DNA of 49,909 nt, from contig JANRLD010000116.1 of the NCBI GenBank assembly GCA_033762915.1, positions 1 to 49,909 of the forward strand. The letters are read 5' to 3'. Origin of the DNA: Meiothermus sp. GTDB lineage: Bacteria > Deinococcota > Deinococci > Deinococcales > Thermaceae. The stretch's first letter is position 1. Every line of letters starts with the position of its first letter. Shown here one piece after another: positions 28,458 through 40,145 of this stretch. The notes below the pieces were generated by a model. The model ran no database searches, was not told the origin of the DNA, and saw nothing but the letters and a program-made list of their open reading frames with translations. The position numbers and the translations under genes were made by a program.

Positions 28458-28913
28458 TCACCTGGTCCGGTCTGCTTTAGCCCTTCCCGCATCCGTCAGC
28501 GCGAACGAGCGGGTCATGGTCTTGATGAACTCGACCCTGCGAAAGCGCAAGGCCGACCAGTCCTGGTCAATGGCAACCTGGCGAACAGGCTCGAGACCGG
28601 CCTCCCCCACCTCCGCCCAGCCGGTGTCGCGGTTGAACTCACAACGGTAGGTTTTCGAGCTGCCTTTGGGGTAAGCAAACCACACTACCGCGTCGCCCTC
28701 GAGCTTGGGCGCCATGGCCTGGGCAGCCGAGTCCACTTCGGCCTGGGTGGTGGTGAAGGCGAGCAAGAACTTCACCCGCTTGACCGAGTTCAAGCTACGG
28801 TGGATTTCAATGTTCTCGAGCTGGGTCAACTCGGCCTCGAAGCTCTGGGGAGCGTTGAGGATTACCAGCTCGGTCTGGCCTTTGAGGTTGAGTTTCTTGA
28901 AGAGGGGGGTCAT
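28458..28913 (-). CDS. Conserved hypothetical protein (DUF3052/YdeI-N-like)
   Basis: LFKKLNLK, VWFAYPKGSSK, NRDTGW, VRQVAIDQDWSALRFR. Confidence 0.75.
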   Translation of the reverse strand: MTPLFKKLNLKGQTELVILNAPQSFEAELTQLENIEIHRSLNSVKRVKFLLAFTTTQAEVDSAAQAMAPKLEGDAVVWFAYPKGSSKTYRCEFNRDTGWAEVGEAGLEPVRQVAIDQDWSALRFRRVEFIKTMTRSFALTDAGRAKADRTR

Positions 28914-28922
28914 GGGGGCACA

Positions 28923-29357
28923 CTATCCTTTCTGCTCGAGGGGCCTTGGGCCGGTCAAGTGTTCAGGCAGGGTCCTGCGCAGCAGGCGGCCCCAGCCCAT
29001 CCCCAGCAGCGCCGAGACCCCAAGGCCCGCGAGACCCGAGAAGCCCCGGTGCTCGAGCCGAAGCCAGGTTCCCTTGCCTCTTGCCTCGAGCGTCCAAACT
29101 ACCAAGGTGTCCTTGAGCGGGCCGCCACTCCAGCTGTAGACGAGTCGGCGGGGGGGATCGGCTTCGAGCACCTCGCCGCTCACCAGCCCGTCAAAGCCCG
29201 GTGCGGGCTTGGCCCGCATGGTAAAGCGCCGCCCCACCACGGCCTCAAAGTCGGTGGCCATCAGCCAGCTCGAGAGCTGGGCGGGATCGGTGATGGCCCG
29301 CCATACCCGCTCAGGGGCGTGGGGGTAGAAGACCTCGAAGTGGATGTCGCGTCTCAA
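28923..29357 (-). CDS. SRPBCC/AHSA1-domain protein
   Basis: APERVWRAITDPAQLSSW, GEVLEADPPRRLVYSW, LRLEHRGF, GWG. Confidence 0.9.
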   Translation of the reverse strand: MRRDIHFEVFYPHAPERVWRAITDPAQLSSWLMATDFEAVVGRRFTMRAKPAPGFDGLVSGEVLEADPPRRLVYSWSGGPLKDTLVVWTLEARGKGTWLRLEHRGFSGLAGLGVSALLGMGWGRLLRRTLPEHLTGPRPLEQKG

Positions 29358-29375
29358 AACCTCACCTCTTTAGCC

Positions 29376-29705
29376 TCAAGCTCCCGCCTCTGGAGCCTCA
29401 GGGTTCTCCTCCAAGAACCTCCCCAGCGCCCCCAGCCGGGCCTGCCAGAACTGCTCGAACTGCGTCACCCAGCCATGAACCTCGGCCAGGCGGGTGGGCT
29501 CGAGGCGGTAGAGCCGCCGCCGCCCGGCCCGCCGCTCGCGTACAAGTCCGGCCTCGAGCAAGACCCTGAGGTGCTGAGAGACGGCAGGGCGCGACATCTC
29601 GAATTGGTCGGCCAGGGCATGCACGGGCTGCTCGTGGTCGCGGAGGCGCTCCAGGATCAGCCGCCGGCCTGGGTGGGCGATGGCGTCGAAGACATCGGCG
29701 TACAT
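29376..29705 (-). CDS. ArsR/SmtB-family regulator
   Basis: VFDAIAHPGRRLILERL..SRPAVSQHLRVLLEAGLV..GRRRLYRL..FEQFW. Confidence 0.93.
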   Translation of the reverse strand: MYADVFDAIAHPGRRLILERLRDHEQPVHALADQFEMSRPAVSQHLRVLLEAGLVRERRAGRRRLYRLEPTRLAEVHGWVTQFEQFWQARLGALGRFLEENPEAPEAGA

Positions 29706-29706
29706 A

Positions 29707-29779
29707 GGTAAGCAACATCTTACCAAATGTAGGTCGGCGCGCAATACGCTATCAACATAACATGTAAGATTTTTCTTAC
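29707..29779. promoter_or_regulatory. Two GTAAG-N6-CTTAC palindromes, probable ArsR operators
   Basis: GGTAAG CAACAT CTTACC (29707-29724) and GTAAG ATTTTT CTTAC (29764-29779) between divergent genes. Confidence 0.75.
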
Positions 29780-29803
29780 GGGTTTGGAGCTGAAAGGAGA
29801 CCA

Positions 29804-30298
29804 ATGGAAATCAACGTCGGGATGCTCATTTCGGGAAGTTTGTTGGGTGGAACCGTCTTGTTTGCGTGGAGTGGCGTGACCCAAAACCTGCCTTGGGGGT
29901 TCAGGGCGGTGGGCAAGGTAGACAGTGCGCCAGAACTGGCCGACCGGGTCCGCCGACAGACCGGCGATGGGATGTTCTTCACCACCGATGGCGTCTCGAG
30001 CCTGGTGGTGGTCAGACCCCAGAACTACTACAACCCTGCGCGCTACTTTGGGCTGGAGTTTCTGACCCAAGTGGCAGTGGCGCTGGTGCTTACCGCGGTG
30101 TTGAGCCTGATCTCCCCGCTTGGCGGCGGTCAGAAACTGGCGGTGATCGGGTTGGTGGGGCTGGTCACCGCCCTGGCCGTAGACTTCCAGTATTGGAACT
30201 GGTGGGGCTTCTCGAGCCGCTATAGCCTCGGGATGGCCTCAAACCGCCTGTTGGGGTGGCTGCTGGCTGCTTGGGCGCTGGAGCGTCTGGTGGTTTGA
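29804..30298 (+). CDS. Hypothetical membrane protein (about 4 TM)
   Basis: RBS AAAGGAG; hydrophobic segments; YWNWWGFS motif. Confidence 0.75.
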   Translation: MEINVGMLISGSLLGGTVLFAWSGVTQNLPWGFRAVGKVDSAPELADRVRRQTGDGMFFTTDGVSSLVVVRPQNYYNPARYFGLEFLTQVAVALVLTAVLSLISPLGGGQKLAVIGLVGLVTALAVDFQYWNWWGFSSRYSLGMASNRLLGWLLAAWALERLVV

Positions 30299-30429
30299 CC
30301 TTGAAGGTGGCTTGGGCATCCGAGCAGGCGGACGGCCACCTCGAGGCCCGCAGCCTGAGGCAAAAGTGCGACATCCAAGGGCAGGTCGGCAGGCCCTTCG
30401 CCCCTTTCCAGCCCTGTGGCCCTAAGTGC

Positions 30430-31458
30430 CTACTCGCTCGGAACCGCCGGCGGGAAGGCCACCACGCTAAGCAGCAAGCCCATGATCCCGGTCAGGAAAA
30501 CCGTCCCGCCCGCAAGGTGAATGCTCCAGCCGATACCTGAGGTGACTCCGCCCACCACAAATACGAGGCCGCTCAGCAGCACCGGAACCAGGAAGGCGAA
30601 CAGGCGTAAGGCCGTCAGGCGGTCGCTTGAGGGCCTTAGACGGGCGTACAGGACATCCGTCGCCACACCCGCCGCCACGAACAACCCCACCATCCCGGCC
30701 CGGTACTCGTTCTCCTGGAAGCCCATCCCAAAGGCATTCAGGCCGATCAGCAGGGTGAAGCTGCCGGGGGCCAGCCGCCAGCGGCGCATCGTCAGGAGCA
30801 GCGCACCCATCAGCATGAGGCTGAAGAACATCCAGCTCAGCACGCCGTGGGACTCGTAAATGTCGGGCTGGAAGCGCGGCCCTAAGCCCCAGGGGTTGGG
30901 CACCGGGTGGGAGTGCTGGGTGAAGAACGTCAGGCCGCTGAAGGCGGCCAGCAGCGAGAGAGTCATCGGGAGCTGGTCGAGCAAACCCTGGGGCGACCCG
31001 CGGCGTGCCCACATGGCCCGGAACGGGCCGCTAACCGCCAGGAACCCCCCCGTCGCCAGCAGCAGGTGGGTGGGGCTGTACAGCGCCTCGAAGTTCTGCT
31101 CGACGCCGAACAGCGAGTGCCAGATCAGGTCGCCCGGACCGCCCACAAACCACAGCCCCAAGCCGACCAGCGAAATCCAGTAGGCCTTGGGCAGAGACGC
31201 GGCCCAGGCGGACCCTCGAGCCCGGTTGACTAGCGCCACCCCCGCCAACGTCAGAAAGTTGAGCGCAAACGCCGAGTACAGCACCGCGTGCCACGGGGTG
31301 AAAAAGGAGTCGTCCACCCGCCCGTTGTTGTGCGCCCAGCCATCGAGGTACAGCCCTCCAACAAACAACAGCCCCAGAACTCCCATTGCCCAGTCCAGCG
31401 CTTGTCCCTCTATCCGCGCGGAGTGCTTCTGCGGAACGACCATGCCAACAGTATCCAC
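30430..31458 (-). CDS. Polytopic membrane protein with two DxxxH..[FS]xPxH motifs (start uncertain: 31458 or 31443)
   Basis: About 9-10 TM; DGWAH..FFTPWH and DLIWH..YSPTH. Confidence 0.8.
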   Translation of the reverse strand: MDTVGMVVPQKHSARIEGQALDWAMGVLGLLFVGGLYLDGWAHNNGRVDDSFFTPWHAVLYSAFALNFLTLAGVALVNRARGSAWAASLPKAYWISLVGLGLWFVGGPGDLIWHSLFGVEQNFEALYSPTHLLLATGGFLAVSGPFRAMWARRGSPQGLLDQLPMTLSLLAAFSGLTFFTQHSHPVPNPWGLGPRFQPDIYESHGVLSWMFFSLMLMGALLLTMRRWRLAPGSFTLLIGLNAFGMGFQENEYRAGMVGLFVAAGVATDVLYARLRPSSDRLTALRLFAFLVPVLLSGLVFVVGGVTSGIGWSIHLAGGTVFLTGIMGLLLSVVAFPPAVPSE

Positions 31459-31631
31459 CCAAGGGGTGAAAGGGAGAACAGGAAAGAGGGCGCACTAAGG
31501 GCGTGGAAATCAGGCAGGCAAAGGAGAGAGGGCACGACCACGGACACACTGCGACGGAGGTTAGGCTGCCCTCTTCCCACCTAGCCCACCTTTCGCCCGT
31601 GGCCGACCGCCCATCGCGTACACTATCCCCT

Positions 31632-32396
31632 ATGTTTCACGGCAAGGTCGTGCTGGTCACCGGTGGGGCCAGGGGGATAGGGCAGGCAATTGCCCAGGCT
31701 TTTCTGCGGGAGCAGGCCATGGTGGCGATCTGCGACATCCGGCCCGAGGGTGCCGAGGTCGCCAAGCAGCTCGGAGCCCTGTTTGTCTACGCCGACATCA
31801 CCCAGCCCTACCACCGGGAGCGGGCGGTGGAGCAGACCCTCAAGCAGTGGGGGGCCTTGAACGTGCTGGTCAACAACGCTGCCGTGGCCGCGCCCGGCTC
31901 GGCGCTCAAGGTGAGCCTCGAGGGCTGGCAGGAAACCCTCGAGGTCAACCTCACCGCCCCCATGCACCTCTCAGCGCTGGCGGCCAAGGAGATGGTCAAG
32001 GCCGGGGGTGGTGCCGTCGTCAACGTCGCCAGCGTGCAGGGCCTCTTTGCCGAGCAGAACAACGCCGCTTACACCGCCTCCAAGGGCGGGCTAGTCAACC
32101 TCACGCGTTCGCTGGCCCTCGACCTGGCTCCCCTAAAGGTACGCGTCAACGCGGTCGCTCCGGGGGCCATCGCCACCGAGGCAGTTCTGGAGGCCATCGC
32201 CCTGTCCGAGCACCCCGAACTCACCCGCCAAGACTGGGAAGACCTGCATGCCCTGCGCCGCCTGGGCCGCCCGGAAGAGGTCGCTGAGGCCGTGCTGTTT
32301 CTGGCCTCGGAAAAAGCCAGTTTCATCACCGGGGCGATTCTGCCGGTGGACGGGGGAATGACCTCGAGCTTCGGCATGGCCGGTAGACCCGTCTGA
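31632..32396 (+). CDS. Short-chain dehydrogenase/reductase
   Basis: [36 protein letters not shown]; leaderless (TACACT 7 nt before ATG). Confidence 0.95.
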   Translation: MFHGKVVLVTGGARGIGQAIAQAFLREQAMVAICDIRPEGAEVAKQLGALFVYADITQPYHRERAVEQTLKQWGALNVLVNNAAVAAPGSALKVSLEGWQETLEVNLTAPMHLSALAAKEMVKAGGGAVVNVASVQGLFAEQNNAAYTASKGGLVNLTRSLALDLAPLKVRVNAVAPGAIATEAVLEAIALSEHPELTRQDWEDLHALRRLGRPEEVAEAVLFLASEKASFITGAILPVDGGMTSSFGMAGRPV

Positions 32397-32623
32397 AGCT
32401 ATCCCGCCACCGGCGCGGCCGCGCCCGGGCACATACGGAACCATTGGCAGAGCCCAGAAGCGCTATGTCCGGAGGAAGGGGAAGTCTGGGCCGGGCGAAC
32501 TCTAGGTAGGCCTCGAGGCAGGTCTCGACCAATCTTTGGTGTACTTTGCAGACATAACGTCCCCGCTAATTCTTCTGTCCATATACACATAACGTTACGT
32601 TGCCAGCCATCATAATCGCTTGC

Positions 32624-34819
32624 GTGCACCGCCGTTCGGGAAGTCTGCTCCTGCTCCTGATGCTCGCGGCCTGCGGGCTGCAGCCCAACCGCGCGCCGGT
32701 GGTGCAGCGGCTCGAGGTCACCCCCAGCGGCGGCACTGCGCCGCTCGTCGCGCAGGTGCGCTGGAGCGTGGGCGACCCCGACGGCAACGCCCTGACCTGC
32801 CGGCTGGACGCCGACGGCGACGGAACCTTCGACTATTCTCAGGCCTGCGGCCAGAGCGGCTTGAGCCACACCTACACCAGCCCGGGCACCTTCGCAGTAC
32901 GCCTCGAGGCCAGCGACGGCCAGGAACACACCTTGAGGGTGGTCAGCATCACCGTCAACACCCCCCCAGCGGCCAGCGGCCCCGGCAACCTGGCGCCGCA
33001 GATCTCCAGCCTGAACGCCGAACCCGCCAGCGGTTATGCCCCCTTCTCTACCCGCCTGCGCTGGAGCGTCACCGACCCCAACAACGACCCCCTGACCTGC
33101 CGCCTCGACCTCGACGGCGACGGGGCCGCCGACCAGGCCATTAGCCCCTGCACCTCCGCCTCGAGCCTCGAGGCCCGATTCGGGGTGGGCCGCCAGACCA
33201 TTACCCTGACCGCCGAAGACGGCCGCGGCCTCCGGACCAGCCGGACACTCGACCTCGAGGTGGGACTCAACCCCCTCGGCCCCGACCTCTTCATTCAGAA
33301 GGTCGAGTGGGGACAGGGCATCGTCAAAAAGGACCTCAAACTGGTAGCCGACAAGCCTGCGCTTCTGCGGGTTCACCTGTTGGCCGACCGAACCGGCCTG
33401 AGCGCCGCGCTGCGGGCCGAGGTGTTTCGCAACAACGTCCCGCTGGGCACCCTTAACCTGAGTGGCCCCGCCGCCCCACCCACCGAGGAAAACCCCGCCG
33501 ACCTGGGCCAGAGTTTCAGCGCCGTACTGCCCGCCGAGTGGGTGCAAAGTGGCCTGGAGGTGCGCCTAAGCGCCGACCCGGCAAACCAGGTAGCCGAGGC
33601 CAACGAGGCCAACAACACCCTCAGCCTGCGCCCCGCCCTGATGACCCAGGGCACCACGCTCTACGTCACCGTCGTGCCGGTTGTTACCCCCAGCAGCGGC
33701 TCGCCCGCCATCCCCGACTTCCGACCGACGCTGATGGAGTGGCTGCCGGTGCGCGACGTAGCGGTGTTCCAGCGCAGCCCCTACAGCTTCGGCCAAAACA
33801 TCAGCAACGACGCCGGGGTGTGGAGCAAGCTCTTGCAAGAGATCGCCACCCTGCGCACCCTCGAGCGCTCACCGCGCTACTACTACGGCTTGGTTAACAC
33901 ACCGTACGGCGCGGGTATCGCGGGCCTGGGCTACGTGGGCTGGCCCGCTTCGGTGGGCTGGACACGCAGCTCGGCCCCGCAGATCATGGCGCACGAGCTG
34001 GGCCACAACTTCGGGCGATCCCACGCCCCCTGCGCCGTCAGCGACCCCGACCCCGGCTACCCCTACGCCGGTGCCGCCCTGGGCACCTGGGGCTTCAGCT
34101 TGTACGGCCTCCGCCCTGCGGGGCAGCAGTTGGTCAACCCCTCCACCTTCCGCGACGTGATGAGCTACTGCAACCCCCAGTGGGTCTCCGACCACACCTA
34201 CACCGCCATGCAGCGCTTCCTCGAGGCCAACCCACCCCAGGCCCAGGCGTCGGGCGGCGGGGTCTCGCTTATGAGCGCCCAGGAAGTGCTGCTGGTGCGC
34301 GGAGTGATCCGGGGAGGCCGAGTGAGTCTCGAGCCCCTTCAACGCTTGGCCGCCCCACTGAGCCTGCCTGAGGCCGGGCGCTACCTCTTGCGCCTCGAGA
34401 CCGCCACCGGGGTGCGCACTTACAGCTTCTCCACCCAGACCCTGCCCGCCCCCCACGGTTTCAGCGGCGACGAGGAGCACTTCGTCTTCACCCTTCCCGA
34501 CCCCGGCAGCCTGAGCGGCCTCGAGATCATCCACGACGGCACGCGCCTCTTCCGCCAGGAGGCCAGCCTTCGCCCCATGCACGCCGCCGACCCTGGGGTA
34601 CGCCTGAGCGAGTCGGGGGGCGAGGTTCGGCTGACCTGGCTGCCCTCGGTATACCCCTACGCCTCTGTGGCGCACCTCGGCGACCAGCGCACCACCCTGG
34701 CGCTCTCGCTCACGGGCGGCGAAGCCCGGCTCCCTGCTCAAGGCTTGCCGCCCGGGGGGAAGTTTGAGGTGTCGCTCTCCGACGGCCTGAACAGCCAGAG
34801 GTACGAGTTCTCGAGGTGA
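32624..34819 (+). CDS. Lipoprotein metzincin (M66/StcE-like) with tandem PKD/Ig-like domains
   Basis: Lipobox LAAC; two Ig-like repeats with DxDGDG; HELGHNFGRSH and Met-turn DVMSY; CATAAT 7 nt before GTG. Confidence 0.82.
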   Translation: MHRRSGSLLLLLMLAACGLQPNRAPVVQRLEVTPSGGTAPLVAQVRWSVGDPDGNALTCRLDADGDGTFDYSQACGQSGLSHTYTSPGTFAVRLEASDGQEHTLRVVSITVNTPPAASGPGNLAPQISSLNAEPASGYAPFSTRLRWSVTDPNNDPLTCRLDLDGDGAADQAISPCTSASSLEARFGVGRQTITLTAEDGRGLRTSRTLDLEVGLNPLGPDLFIQKVEWGQGIVKKDLKLVADKPALLRVHLLADRTGLSAALRAEVFRNNVPLGTLNLSGPAAPPTEENPADLGQSFSAVLPAEWVQSGLEVRLSADPANQVAEANEANNTLSLRPALMTQGTTLYVTVVPVVTPSSGSPAIPDFRPTLMEWLPVRDVAVFQRSPYSFGQNISNDAGVWSKLLQEIATLRTLERSPRYYYGLVNTPYGAGIAGLGYVGWPASVGWTRSSAPQIMAHELGHNFGRSHAPCAVSDPDPGYPYAGAALGTWGFSLYGLRPAGQQLVNPSTFRDVMSYCNPQWVSDHTYTAMQRFLEANPPQAQASGGGVSLMSAQEVLLVRGVIRGGRVSLEPLQRLAAPLSLPEAGRYLLRLETATGVRTYSFSTQTLPAPHGFSGDEEHFVFTLPDPGSLSGLEIIHDGTRLFRQEASLRPMHAADPGVRLSESGGEVRLTWLPSVYPYASVAHLGDQRTTLALSLTGGEARLPAQGLPPGGKFEVSLSDGLNSQRYEFSR

Positions 34820-35138
34820 GGTGCACTCCATACTCGCTGACCGACCGCATCACTGCGCCCCGCGTGGGCTCCGGGAAACCCAAGCCCGCAAAGTCCGTCA
34901 GTCCATCACCTGAGTTAGGCCAGTGCAGGTGCACATACCGACGCCCCTCAGCCCCACGGCGGGTGCAAAACCCAGTCCAGCTTGCGGTCGGGCCATCCGT
35001 AAAAACAAACCTGGGAGGAGTTTAAGTTTCGGCCTGGAGCGACCAAAAGGTCCGCCAACGGTCCGACCCATCCCACCGGCTCATTGCCCCGCGCCGAAGG
35101 CAGGGCTAGAATGGCGCTCACGAAAGGTACTTGAACCT

Positions 35139-36485
35139 ATGCGTGTAGCCTTTGTCGCTTCCGAAGCGTTTCCGTTCGCCAAAGTGGGGGGGCTGGCCGA
35201 TGTGGTGGGGAGCCTGCCTCACGCCCTTCAGAAGGAGGGTTTGGAAGTTACCATCTTCCTGCCCTGGTATCAGGGTATTCAGGGCTATTACGTGGGGGAG
35301 CGCTGGTTCAACTTCTCAGGCCAGCCGGAGCAGGTCGGGATCGGGCACGCCGAGCACGATGGGGTGCGCTACGTGCTGGTGGGGCTAGGCGAGTTTGACC
35401 GCTCCAAGCCCTATGGCTACGACGACGACTTCCGCCGCTTCGTCAAGTTCCAGATGGCGACCGCCGAGCTACTGGGAGAGTTCGACGTGGTGCACGCCCA
35501 CGACTGGCAGGCCGCCCTGCTGCCATTGCTGCGCAACCTGGGCTGGTTCCGCGCGCGCACCGTCTACACCATCCACAACCTCGCCTACCAGGGCGTCTGG
35601 GGGTCGGAGGACTTCTACAGCTGGACCCGACTTTCGGGCGAAACCTACTACGGGGGCGGTCTCGAGCACGGCGGCGCGATCAACCTGATGAAGGCAGGCA
35701 TCGTCAACGCCGATGCAGTGAGCACAGTCTCGCCACGCTACGCCTTCGAGATCCGCACCCCCGAGGGCGGCGAGGGCCTCGACGGGGTGCTGCGCGCGCA
35801 GGAGTGGAAGCTCCACGGCATCCTCAACGGCCTCGACTCAGACTACTGGAACCCCCAGACCGACAAGTACCTCAAGCGCCACTTCAGCGCCGACGACCTA
35901 AGCAACAAGTGGAAGCTGCGCGAGGAGCTGCTCGAGGAGTGCGGCCTGGAGGATCGCCCCACCATCGGGGTGGTCTCGAGGTTCGTGGAGCAAAAGGGCA
36001 TCGACCTGATCGCCGCAGCCACCCAGAGCCTGCTGGACCTGGGCGTGAACCTGGTGGTGCTGGGCAGCGGCGACACCGAACTCGAGCGCAACTTTCACTG
36101 GCTCTCGGCCCACCACGTCGGTCGGGTCTACTACTGGCAAGGCTACAACGAGGCCCTGGCCCACCGCATCTACGCTGGCTGCGACGGCTTCCTGATGCCC
36201 AGCCGCTTCGAGCCCTGCGGCCTGGCCCAGCTGATCGCCATGCGCTACGGCACTCCTCCCATCGTCCGTGCGGTGGGGGGCCTACTGGACACAGTGATGC
36301 ACTGGGAGACCGGATTCATGTTCGACGCGATGGACGCGGGCGGGGTCTGGTGGGGCGTGAATGAGTTCATGAAGCACCCCGACCGCCACGCGGTCTCGAG
36401 GGCCGCCATGCAGGCCGACTTCAGCTGGACCAAGCCTGCCGGGCAGTACGTGGAGTTGTACAAACAGCTGTTGGGCAGGGCTTAG
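35139..36485 (+). CDS. glgA: Glycogen synthase
   Basis: SEAFPFAKVGGLADV, HAHDWQ, TIHNLAYQG, SRFVEQKG, MPSRFEPCGLAQL. Confidence 0.97.
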   Translation: MRVAFVASEAFPFAKVGGLADVVGSLPHALQKEGLEVTIFLPWYQGIQGYYVGERWFNFSGQPEQVGIGHAEHDGVRYVLVGLGEFDRSKPYGYDDDFRRFVKFQMATAELLGEFDVVHAHDWQAALLPLLRNLGWFRARTVYTIHNLAYQGVWGSEDFYSWTRLSGETYYGGGLEHGGAINLMKAGIVNADAVSTVSPRYAFEIRTPEGGEGLDGVLRAQEWKLHGILNGLDSDYWNPQTDKYLKRHFSADDLSNKWKLREELLEECGLEDRPTIGVVSRFVEQKGIDLIAAATQSLLDLGVNLVVLGSGDTELERNFHWLSAHHVGRVYYWQGYNEALAHRIYAGCDGFLMPSRFEPCGLAQLIAMRYGTPPIVRAVGGLLDTVMHWETGFMFDAMDAGGVWWGVNEFMKHPDRHAVSRAAMQADFSWTKPAGQYVELYKQLLGRA

Positions 36486-36780
36486 GGTGTTTTCAGGCGA
36501 GTTTTAAGCCTGACTTGGTGAAGAGGCGCAAAGGATGTACCCGCGATGTCCGTGGGGTTGGAGAGGCCAGAATCCAGTCCCGAACTTCCGTATGCGCATG
36601 GGTTGCGCCAGGGTCCTGGCACCGCCGGCCCCCGCGTACCGCTGAGGCCGATGCAAGTGTGGGCCCAAACGCCGGCGGGGCTTCCGACGAGTTGTCCCGC
36701 ACCCAAACCCAAGGCCGAGCGAAGAACGCACCCGCCTGCTATACTCCTCACTTGTGCGCCTTGGCGCTCTTGGGGTAAGC

Positions 36781-38178
<1,398 letters not shown>

Positions 38179-38300
38179 GTCGCGCCGGGCCAGGTCGTGC
38201 GGGGGCGAATCTGCGAGATCAGCGGGGGCGATTCGGTGCGGCACTTTGCATTTCAACAGTGGAGCCAGTCAAATCTTCTCGCAAGGGCGTGCGGATACCG

Positions 38301-39833
38301 CTAAGCCTCCATGAACCAGTGGCCGCAATCCGAGCCGCCCACCAGGCGGAAGCGAACCTGCTGACCGGGGCGGAGCTGGGCGGCCAGGGGCAGGTCTCGA
38401 GGGTCAACCACCGCAGGCTTGGCGTAGCCGCCGATGCGACCCCGGTCGTTGAGCAGAAGGATAGGGTCGCCCTCGGTGGTGATCTGCACCGCCCCCATCG
38501 GGGTGGCCTCGCTGACCAGCTCGCCGCCCAACACCTTGGCGCCGGTTAGGCGAACCCCCATGCGGTCGGCGCTGGAGACGGCGAAGCTCGAGCGGGCCAG
38601 GGCCTCGAGCGCCTCCGGTGTGGCCTGCGGCCCGGCCAGCAGGCGAAGGGTGACCACTCGGGGCATGTCAGGGGGCCTCGAGCCGAACCCGACTCGAGCC
38701 ACCCTGGGCTCCGCAATGCCCAGCAGATCGCCCGCCTCGAGGCGCCGCCCAATGCCGCCTTTAAGGTCAGGGCTGCGGCTGCCCATGAAGGGGCTAACCT
38801 CGAGGCCGCCGGCCGCTGCCAGATACATGCGTACACCAAAAGGGCCGGTCTTGAACAACAAGCGCTGGCCCTTGCGGGCCAGAAAGCTCTCCCCTACCGG
38901 CAGCGGCTCGCCGTCCAGGAGTCCCTGCATCCCAAAACCCGCCAGGGCCAGCACCACGTCATTCAGCACGGTGAAGGCAGAGCCTTTCAGGGTCATCTCG
39001 AGCAGCACCGCCTCTGAACTGTTGCCAACCCGCGCGTTGGCCAACCTGGCCGAGCGCTCATCCATGGCACCCGAACGCGCCATCCCGAAGCGGGCCGCTA
39101 GGAAACGGCCGCCGTCCACCGGCACGTCCATCAGCCCCGGCTGCTCGACCCGGAGGACCGGGTGTTTGGGCTCGGCGGGCAGGGTCTCGAGGGTCTTGAG
39201 GTCGGGTGGAGTGGGGCCCTGGCGGGGCTCGAAGCGCACCGTGTCGCCCGCCTCGAGCCAAAACACCGGATCGCGGTGGGGGTCGTACATGGGAACCAGC
39301 ACGGTGCCCAGCAGGTGCCAGCCACCGGGGGTAGGAAGCGGGTAGATGCAGGTCTGCGAGACCGCTATACCCAGGCTGTGGGCCTCGACTCGAGCCCTGG
39401 GGGTGGGTCGGCGCGGAAGGTATAAGGCTGGGTCAAGGCTCCCCAGCATTGGCTGCCCAGGCACGAACCCGACCGTGTAGACCCGGTAGCGTACGCCGCA
39501 GTGCCGTCGGACGACTTCCTCGGCCGTCATCCCCAGCCGGTCGGCCACGGCGTACAGGTCCGGCCCATCGTAGCGGACCCCGAGCGTCACTTTGCGCCCC
39601 TCGGACTTGGGGGTCAATCCCTCGAGGTGCTTGCGTACCCAGGCCCGCACGCTGGAGCGATCGGTCGCTGTTGCGTCGAACTCCACGTACAGGTTCACGT
39701 ACCCCGGATACAGGTCGGTGACGCCGGAAATCGGGTGGGCCAGCAGACGGTCAGACAGCGCGTGAATCCGGGCGTTCGCCGCCGGGTCGAGCTGGCGGGA
39801 GAACTGAACGTAGAGGCCCTCGAGTCGGCGCAT
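38301..39833 (-). CDS. pxpBC: Fused 5-oxoprolinase B/C subunits (KipI/KipA, allophanate hydrolase-like)
   Basis: VRYDGPDL, GFVPG, RRPTPR, IYPLPTPGGWHLLG; SGAMD, ADRMGVRL, GAVQI, GGYAK. Confidence 0.9.
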   Translation of the reverse strand: MRRLEGLYVQFSRQLDPAANARIHALSDRLLAHPISGVTDLYPGYVNLYVEFDATATDRSSVRAWVRKHLEGLTPKSEGRKVTLGVRYDGPDLYAVADRLGMTAEEVVRRHCGVRYRVYTVGFVPGQPMLGSLDPALYLPRRPTPRARVEAHSLGIAVSQTCIYPLPTPGGWHLLGTVLVPMYDPHRDPVFWLEAGDTVRFEPRQGPTPPDLKTLETLPAEPKHPVLRVEQPGLMDVPVDGGRFLAARFGMARSGAMDERSARLANARVGNSSEAVLLEMTLKGSAFTVLNDVVLALAGFGMQGLLDGEPLPVGESFLARKGQRLLFKTGPFGVRMYLAAAGGLEVSPFMGSRSPDLKGGIGRRLEAGDLLGIAEPRVARVGFGSRPPDMPRVVTLRLLAGPQATPEALEALARSSFAVSSADRMGVRLTGAKVLGGELVSEATPMGAVQITTEGDPILLLNDRGRIGGYAKPAVVDPRDLPLAAQLRPGQQVRFRLVGGSDCGHWFMEA

Positions 39834-40145
39834 AGTGAGGCAGTTTCCCAAAAGTCAGGAGGCGTAGGTTGGCCAGTGGCCCCGGTCGAAGCCCCTAGCT
39901 ACGGCATTCGGGGTATGCGGGCGGGGCGGGGACACCTGGATACACCTGACGTTCCCAAGAGCATACGTGGGCCGGCCTGCTTTTGACAGCGCTCGAGCCA
40001 AGGCAGCCGGCTCGAGCGACCGATCGGGAGCCGTAATCGGCTGGTTGAGCAGGGCCCACACGCCTGCTTTCCGGCACAGCAAAGGGCCTCGAGCGGCTGC
40101 TCGAGGCCCTTTTGTCCGAGGGTTAATTGCCCAACTTCAGCCGCC

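Noticed and set aside
34862..34925. GGGAAACCC..CGCAAAG resembling a c-di-GMP-I riboswitch upstream of glgA
   Set aside because: Lacks the GGCAAA junction and a convincing P1/P3; probably chance similarity
34923..35138. N-terminal extensions in the ORF track (glgA; also lysA, lrp, SDR, SMR1, arsR, NarL regulator, both ferredoxins)
   Set aside because: Family homology starts at downstream codons, which mostly have an RBS or a leaderless -10
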